From assembly GCA_037189525.1 (NCBI GenBank), contig JBBCJC010000005.1, forward strand, positions 32,001 through 96,000: a DNA stretch of 64,000 bases. The letters run 5' to 3'. This DNA is from Gemmatimonadales bacterium (GTDB lineage: Bacteria; Gemmatimonadota; Gemmatimonadetes; Gemmatimonadales; GWC2-71-9). This document shows positions 58,600-64,000 of this stretch, piece by piece (the first letter of the stretch is position 1; every line of letters starts with the position of its first letter). The position numbers and the translations under genes were made by a program. The notes under the pieces were generated by a model. It was not told the origin of the DNA. It ran no database searches and saw only the letters and a list, made by a program, of their open reading frames with translations.

Positions 58600-59901
58600 T
58601 CAGGTCGCAGCAGCCGTCCCGTCCCGATCAAAGACGATCCGGCCCCCCACCACCGTTACCTCGGCCTGCCCCGTGAACGTCTCACCAAGATAGGGGCTGT
58701 TGGTGCTCTTGGAGTGCAAATCCTCTGCCCGAACGATCCACTGGCGGCCCGGGTCGAAGACGACCACGTCGGCGGGGGCTCCGATCGCCAGAGTCCCCCC
58801 AGGTAACTTGAAGACCCGGGCCGGAACCGTGCTCATCCGCGCCACCAGGTCGGGCAGGCTCAGGAGCCCCGGGCTCACCAGCTCGCGGAGCCCGACCGCC
58901 AGGGCGGTTTCGAGGCCGACGATCCCGTTCGGCGCCTGGTCGAACTCGCGTTGCTTGGCATCATAGTGGTGGGGCGCGTGGTCGGTCGCAATGCAGTCGA
59001 TGGTGCCGTCCCGAAGCGCCTCCCGAATGGCTTCGACATCGGGATCTTCCCGGAGCGGCGGATTCATCTTGGCGTTGGTGTTGTACGCCTCGCAACAGCG
59101 GTGGGTCAGGCTGAAATGATGCGGGGTCGCCTCGGCCGTCACGTTGAGGCCCTTTTCCTTGGCGCGCCGGATCAGTTCGACCGAACCGCGGGTCGACATG
59201 TGGCAGAGGTGGACGTGCCCACCCGTCAGCTCCGCAAGGATGATGTCCCGCGCCACCATGATCTCTTCGGCCGCCGAGGGGATCCCTTTGAGGCCGAGCC
59301 GGGTGGCCACTTCGCCCTCGTGCATGGCGCCACCCTGCGCCAGGGTGTGGTCTTCGCAGTGGTCGGCGACGGGGATTCCGAAGACCTTGGCATACTCGAG
59401 CGCCGTGCGCATCAACTGGCTCGACACCACCGGCTTGCCGTCGTCGCTCACCGCCACCGCGCCGGCCCCGATCATCTCACCGAACTCGGCCAGCTGCTGG
59501 CCGTTCTGGCCCAGGGAGACACAGCCGATCGGATAGACGCGCGCCTTGCCGGCCCGGAGCGCCTGCCGCACCACGAACCCGACCGCCGCCTGGTTGTCGA
59601 TGACCGGATCGGTGTTGGGCATGGCACAGACACCGGTAAAGCCGCCCGCCACCGCCGACGTGGTCCCGGTGGCAATCGTCTCCATGTGCTCCTGCCCCGG
59701 CTCGCGCAGGTGCACGTGCACGTCGATGAATCCGGGCGCCACCACTTTGCCCGTCGCATCGATCCGCGGGGTGCCTTCCTCGGCGACGATGTTACGGCCC
59801 ACCGCTTCGATCCGGCCATCCTGGATGTAGACATCGGCCACGCCATCGGTGCCGCGGGAGGGATCGATCACGCGCCCCCCGGCAATCAAAAGAGCATTCA
59901 T
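58600..59901 (-). CDS. pyrC: Dihydroorotase
   Basis: [25 protein letters not shown] and ATDHAPH motifs. Confidence 0.95.
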   Translation of the reverse strand: MNALLIAGGRVIDPSRGTDGVADVYIQDGRIEAVGRNIVAEEGTPRIDATGKVVAPGFIDVHVHLREPGQEHMETIATGTTSAVAGGFTGVCAMPNTDPVIDNQAAVGFVVRQALRAGKARVYPIGCVSLGQNGQQLAEFGEMIGAGAVAVSDDGKPVVSSQLMRTALEYAKVFGIPVADHCEDHTLAQGGAMHEGEVATRLGLKGIPSAAEEIMVARDIILAELTGGHVHLCHMSTRGSVELIRRAKEKGLNVTAEATPHHFSLTHRCCEAYNTNAKMNPPLREDPDVEAIREALRDGTIDCIATDHAPHHYDAKQREFDQAPNGIVGLETALAVGLRELVSPGLLSLPDLVARMSTVPARVFKLPGGTLAIGAPADVVVFDPGRQWIVRAEDLHSKSTNSPYLGETFTGQAEVTVVGGRIVFDRDGTAAAT

Positions 59902-60854
59902 CGGTCGTCTGCTGCCTGACTCCGCCAGTCGGGCGACCCGCCGGCGAGGAGATAGAGCACGGCCATTCGCACGGCCACGCCGTTGGTCACCTGGGGAAGA
60001 ATTACACTATGCGGGCCGTCGGCCACGTCGCTGTCGATTTCGACGCCGCGGTTCATCGGGCCCGGATGCATGATGATGAGATCCTTGGGCGCCCGCTCCA
60101 ACCGCTCGGTGGTCACGCCGAAGATCCGGTTGTACTCACGAAGGGACGGCACGAAGCCCCCTTCCATCCGTTCGAGCTGGAGCCGGAGCACGTTCAACGC
60201 ATCGGCCCAGCCGATGGCCTCCTCGATGTGGTGCATCACGGTGACACCGAGCGACTCGAGCCCCTTGGGCAAGAGCGTGGGCGGCCCGCACACCGCCACC
60301 TGCGCACCGAGCTTGGTCAAGCCCCAGATGTTGCTGCGGGCGACCCGGCTGTGCAGCACATCGCCGCAGATGGCGACCTTGAGCCCGTCGATCCGGCCGA
60401 ACGTGTCACGCAAGGTGAGCAGATCGAGCAGCGCCTGAGTGGGATGCTCGTGCTTGCCGTCGCCGGCGTTGATGACGTTGGACCTGATCCGTTCACCCAG
60501 GAACCGCGCGGCGCCGCTCGAGGGGTGACGGATCACCACCATGTCGATCCGCATCGCTTCGAGATTACGGGCGGTATCGACCAGAGTCTCGCCCTTGGAG
60601 ACCGAACTCGCCTGGGTCGCCACGTTGACCGTGTCGGCCGAGAGCCGCTTTTCGGCAAACTCGAAGGAGATTCGGGTTCGGGTCGAGGCTTCGAAGAAGA
60701 GATTGACGATGGTCTTGCCGCGGAGTGCCGGAACCTTCTTGATCGACCGTTCGCTCACCTCTTTGAACGGCTCGGCCGTGTCCAGGATCGCCACGATCTG
60801 TTCGGCCGAAAGGTGCTCGAGCCCGACCAGGTCCTTGCCCAGAGCGCCGCTCAT
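59898..60854 (-). CDS. pyrB: Aspartate carbamoyltransferase catalytic subunit
   Basis: [29 protein letters not shown] and [11 protein letters not shown] motifs. Confidence 0.97.
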   Translation of the reverse strand: MSGALGKDLVGLEHLSAEQIVAILDTAEPFKEVSERSIKKVPALRGKTIVNLFFEASTRTRISFEFAEKRLSADTVNVATQASSVSKGETLVDTARNLEAMRIDMVVIRHPSSGAARFLGERIRSNVINAGDGKHEHPTQALLDLLTLRDTFGRIDGLKVAICGDVLHSRVARSNIWGLTKLGAQVAVCGPPTLLPKGLESLGVTVMHHIEEAIGWADALNVLRLQLERMEGGFVPSLREYNRIFGVTTERLERAPKDLIIMHPGPMNRGVEIDSDVADGPHSVILPQVTNGVAVRMAVLYLLAGGSPDWRSQAADDR

Positions 60855-61390
60855 CGGGCCCGGACCAGCAGGACGGCATCTTCGCCGTCGTGTTCCGCGA
60901 CCTGGACGTCGACCCGATCGCCCGGCACGGTGCCGATGGTCAGGCCCACGATGTCAGCCTGGATCGGCAGTTCCCGACCACCGCGATCGACCAGGACACA
61001 GAGCAGGATCCGCTTGGGCCGTCCGAAATCGGCCAGCTCGTCGAGGGCGGCGCGAATGGTCCGTCCGGTATAGAGCACGTCGTCGACGATCACCACCGTG
61101 TGCCCGTCGATTTCCCGGGGCAGGCTGGTTTCCCCGACCAGGGGTCGAGGACCGATCGACTGCAGATCGTCGCGGTAGAGGGTGATATCGAGTTTGCCCT
61201 GGGGAATCGGATGCCCTTCGTTCCGCTCGAGCAAAACGGCGAGACGTTGAGCCAGCTCAACGCCCCGCCGCTGAATTCCCACGAGAATGACCCCTTCGAC
61301 TCCCTGGCACCGCTCGACGATTTCACTCGCCATGCGGGACAGTGCGCGACTCATCGCGCGAGCATCGAGAACCCGGCTGGTGGATGTCAT
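60851..61390 (-). CDS. pyrR: PyrR / uracil phosphoribosyltransferase
   Basis: [23 protein letters not shown] and [12 protein letters not shown] motifs. Confidence 0.93.
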   Translation of the reverse strand: MTSTSRVLDARAMSRALSRMASEIVERCQGVEGVILVGIQRRGVELAQRLAVLLERNEGHPIPQGKLDITLYRDDLQSIGPRPLVGETSLPREIDGHTVVIVDDVLYTGRTIRAALDELADFGRPKRILLCVLVDRGGRELPIQADIVGLTIGTVPGDRVDVQVAEHDGEDAVLLVRAR

Positions 61391-61401
61391 GCCGGGAGCC
61401 C

Positions 61402-61430
61402 AAGCTAGTTAGCGATCATGAGGTCCGCAA
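61402..61430 (-). promoter_or_regulatory. Putative pyrRBC promoter embedded in the upstream gene's 3' end
   Basis: TTGCGG-17 nt-TAGCTT, 11 nt before the pyrR ATG. Confidence 0.45.
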
Positions 61431-62712
61431 CCTTGGCGCGCCGGGTGAAAATCTCGGACTGCCCCACTCTCGGCAGCGACATCACCGACTTGGGGTCGTC
61501 CATGTTGGGACGGGCCGCTTCATCGGCCCGGTACACCTCGGTGGCCTTCTGGCTCCAGGCGACCTGCAGAGTGTCCCGGAGCACCGCAAAGACCGGGTAG
61601 GTCGCGGCCCCGCCCTGGCTCAGCTGAATTTCGGGCCCGAAACTGCCACCCGGCGCGGCCGTTCGGAGCAGAATCCGGGGCGACTGACTCAACCCGTCGT
61701 CCCAGCCGACCACCGTGCCGAAGTCGCCGACCGCCAGCTGCACATGGGCCGGCGCTGCCTTTTCCCCGACCGCGATGGGCGTGGCCTCGAAGGTTTTTCC
61801 GGCATCGGCCGACCGGGCATAGTAGACCCCTGCCTCACCCGGCTTCCCGGTCCACCAGGCAATGTGCACCACGCCCGCCTGATCGATCTCGAGCGACGGG
61901 CCCGCGTGCGGGCACCCGCCGAAGACCCAGCCGTCCTCGCGGGGTCGCACCGGCTCGTTCCAGGTGGCGCCACCATCGGGCGACCGCATCACCACGACAT
62001 CCCGGACTTCGCCCTCGAAGATCCGGCGCCAGGCCACATAGAGGCTGCCATCCGGACCAAGCGCCAGGCCCGTCCGGCAACAGGGACACGCGGCGGCGCT
62101 GTCGATGGCCCGCGCCGCATCCCAGGTCCGGCCACCATCCTTCGACTGCCGGAGCCAGACCATCGAGCGGCCATGATGGGAACTGAGCCACGCCGCATGC
62201 ACCGCCCCACCCGGACCGCCCAGCACGGCGTGGAAATTATGCGAGCCGAACCGTTCGCCCTCGTTGACGCTGACCGGCTCGCGCCAGCTGCGGCCGCCGT
62301 CGTCGGACCGGATCAGCCGCAGGGCGCTCCTCGGAAAGCGAGAGCCGGGGACTTCCTTCCCGACGGTGTACATCACGTAGATCGCCCCGTCGGACGACTC
62401 CGCAAGCTGCGGAGGCGCCTCCCCGTGCGGGTTGATCCCGCCCAGGGAGTCGCGCACGACGACCACCGGATCGCCCGTAGTGGCCCCGTCACGGGTGACC
62501 TCGACGAACAGCGCCTCGCGGCCGCTCACGGAATCGACCGCGACCCACGAGAGCATCCGGTCGCCGCTCGAGGTCACCAGCATCATCGGCGTGGCCCCCG
62601 TTGCGGTTGCCGCCGACGCCAGCTCGATCGGCGTCATCGGAACTTCGCCAGGTCCGCATCCCGCGGCTGCCGCCAGGGCCAAGGCCCCGATCACCCGTTT
62701 CCATTGCATCAT
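61405..62712 (-). CDS. BNR/Asp-box beta-propeller lipoprotein (sialidase-like fold)
   Basis: Lipobox AAGC. Asp boxes RSDDGGRSW, QSKDGGRTW, RSPDGGATW and RSADAGKTF. Also CPCC and GCPH motifs. Confidence 0.8.
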   Translation of the reverse strand: MMQWKRVIGALALAAAAGCGPGEVPMTPIELASAATATGATPMMLVTSSGDRMLSWVAVDSVSGREALFVEVTRDGATTGDPVVVVRDSLGGINPHGEAPPQLAESSDGAIYVMYTVGKEVPGSRFPRSALRLIRSDDGGRSWREPVSVNEGERFGSHNFHAVLGGPGGAVHAAWLSSHHGRSMVWLRQSKDGGRTWDAARAIDSAAACPCCRTGLALGPDGSLYVAWRRIFEGEVRDVVVMRSPDGGATWNEPVRPREDGWVFGGCPHAGPSLEIDQAGVVHIAWWTGKPGEAGVYYARSADAGKTFEATPIAVGEKAAPAHVQLAVGDFGTVVGWDDGLSQSPRILLRTAAPGGSFGPEIQLSQGGAATYPVFAVLRDTLQVAWSQKATEVYRADEAARPNMDDPKSVMSLPRVGQSEIFTRRAKVADLMIAN

Positions 62713-64000
62713 CAGCCTCCCTGTCCGCCGAACCGGTACTGCAATCCGAGGTAGAACGTGCGCGGCGGGCCGGGCCGATAGCGACGACCCTGCAACGCCG
62801 TGTACGACGACGTCTCGGCAAAGCGGGTATCTCCGATGTTGTGAACCCGGCCGACCACGTCGAACTGCGCCGTCACCGGCAGCGAGCCGGAGACGGAAAA
62901 GACGTCGTGTCCCGCATACTTCTCGGTGTTCTGCGGATCCATCCAGTAGGAGCCCATGTGGAGCCACTCCGCCGCGAGATGACCGCGCCTGAAGGCCCGC
63001 GGGGTCAGTGTCGCGCCGACCCGTCCCATGTCGCGGGGCGCAACCTCGATCTCGTTGCCGCTGTAGTCGAGCGTGGCACTCGGCCGCCACTCCAGGTACT
63101 CCTGCTTGGTGAGCGTCCAGCTGCCATCGATCCTGAGCCCGCGCACCGGCTCGACCGCCGCGCCGAGTTCAATACCGCGGTGCCGAGTGGCGCCGGCATT
63201 GCTGGCGCTGCGCAGGCCGGTGACCGGATCGGTCAGCGTCAGGATGTCGTCTTCGACATCGAGCTGATACGCCGTTGCCTCGAAGCTGACCCGACTCCCC
63301 ACGGCAATCCGGGTACCCACCTCGTAGTTGTCCGCTTTGACCGGCGCCAGATCGACGGTGTTGAGCGCCGAGCCCTGCCGGAAGAGCTGACTCTCCGACG
63401 GCGCCCTGAAAGCGGCACGATACGATGCAAAGAGGTTCACGCCGCGTGACACCTCCAGCGAGGCCCCGAGCTTGGGACTCAACCGCTGGTAGGACACGCC
63501 CGTCGACGCGGGACGCCGGTGTGATCCGGTGGCCAGCGGGTCGAGCCGGGTGTCGTAGTCGAAGCCGACGTTGTCGAACCGGAGTCCCAGATCGAAGCGC
63601 AGGCCGGTCGCCGGATTGATCTCCGCCTGGAGATACGGCGACGTCTGCCAGAACGTGACATCGTAGTCGTACTGGACCGCGCCGAGATCGTAGTCGGGAA
63701 AGAACGCGCCGTCGCGCACCGGGACCACCTGCTGCTCGAGCCGGCTGCCCGGGCTCAACTCGAGGTCGACCCCCGCGCTCAGGTTGGTGCGCAGCGGCAG
63801 AACCGTATACCGGTACCGGCCCATCACGCCGACCGACTGATTCTTGCTGTCCCAGATCTGCGGATCGAAGCTGAGCTGCCAGGACGGCATCAGTTCGAGC
63901 CGGTTGTGTCGCCCGTAAAGCGTGGCGGTCAAATGCGACAACCCGCTCTGCCGTTCGAACGACGATGACGCCCGCACGGCCAACACTCGCCGGTAGGCAA
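62712..64000 (-). CDS. TonB-dependent receptor (5' part outside the window)
   Basis: Barrel motifs LSPKLG, FRAPS, NYEVG, NAGATRHRGIE, NIGD..F and PRTFYLGLQYRF. Confidence 0.88.
   Translation of the reverse strand, partial: AYRRVLAVRASSSFERQSGLSHLTATLYGRHNRLELMPSWQLSFDPQIWDSKNQSVGVMGRYRYTVLPLRTNLSAGVDLELSPGSRLEQQVVPVRDGAFFPDYDLGAVQYDYDVTFWQTSPYLQAEINPATGLRFDLGLRFDNVGFDYDTRLDPLATGSHRRPASTGVSYQRLSPKLGASLEVSRGVNLFASYRAAFRAPSESQLFRQGSALNTVDLAPVKADNYEVGTRIAVGSRVSFEATAYQLDVEDDILTLTDPVTGLRSASNAGATRHRGIELGAAVEPVRGLRIDGSWTLTKQEYLEWRPSATLDYSGNEIEVAPRDMGRVGATLTPRAFRRGHLAAEWLHMGSYWMDPQNTEKYAGHDVFSVSGSLPVTAQFDVVGRVHNIGDTRFAETSSYTALQGRRYRPGPPRTFYLGLQYRFGGQGG

Overview
High-GC bacterial chromosome segment. 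Protein style and gene content suggest Gemmatimonadota, but that is inference. It is almost entirely core genome, with about 68 genes mostly on the minus strand. Main blocks: nusA-ylxQ-infB-rbfA-truB-ribF-secDF-tatD-fhs-ridA; murA-pgeF; lipoprotein-serS-pcrA-gatCAB-aminotransferase; roadblock-manC-glmU-like-MBL-dinB; groES-groEL under two CIRCE operators; a long scpA-scpB-rluB-moxR/Bat-mutL-miaA-bshA-uppP-birA...NlpC/P60 run; an ABC-2 exporter; rpsT; and TonB receptor-BNR lipoprotein-pyrRBC. I saw no tRNA, rRNA, CRISPR array or mobile element. Best observations: (1) a 35-codon ribosomal protein bTHX gene missing from the ORF track; (2) a rimP-leader-like attenuator ahead of nusA with no rimP gene; (3) a probable CUG start for truB; (4) a Cys-to-Asp, fosfomycin-insensitive-type MurA; (5) a secreted PHM/DBH-like copper protein back-to-back with a DUF1207 barrel; (6) a palindromic operator on a MerC-like gene; (7) a beta-barrel-NlpC/P60 fusion; (8) a PyrR that seems to have lost both its RNA-binding residues and its attenuator; (9) a possibly CdvA-like coiled-coil/Zn-finger protein. 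All product calls come from motif recognition by eye; no database searches were run.
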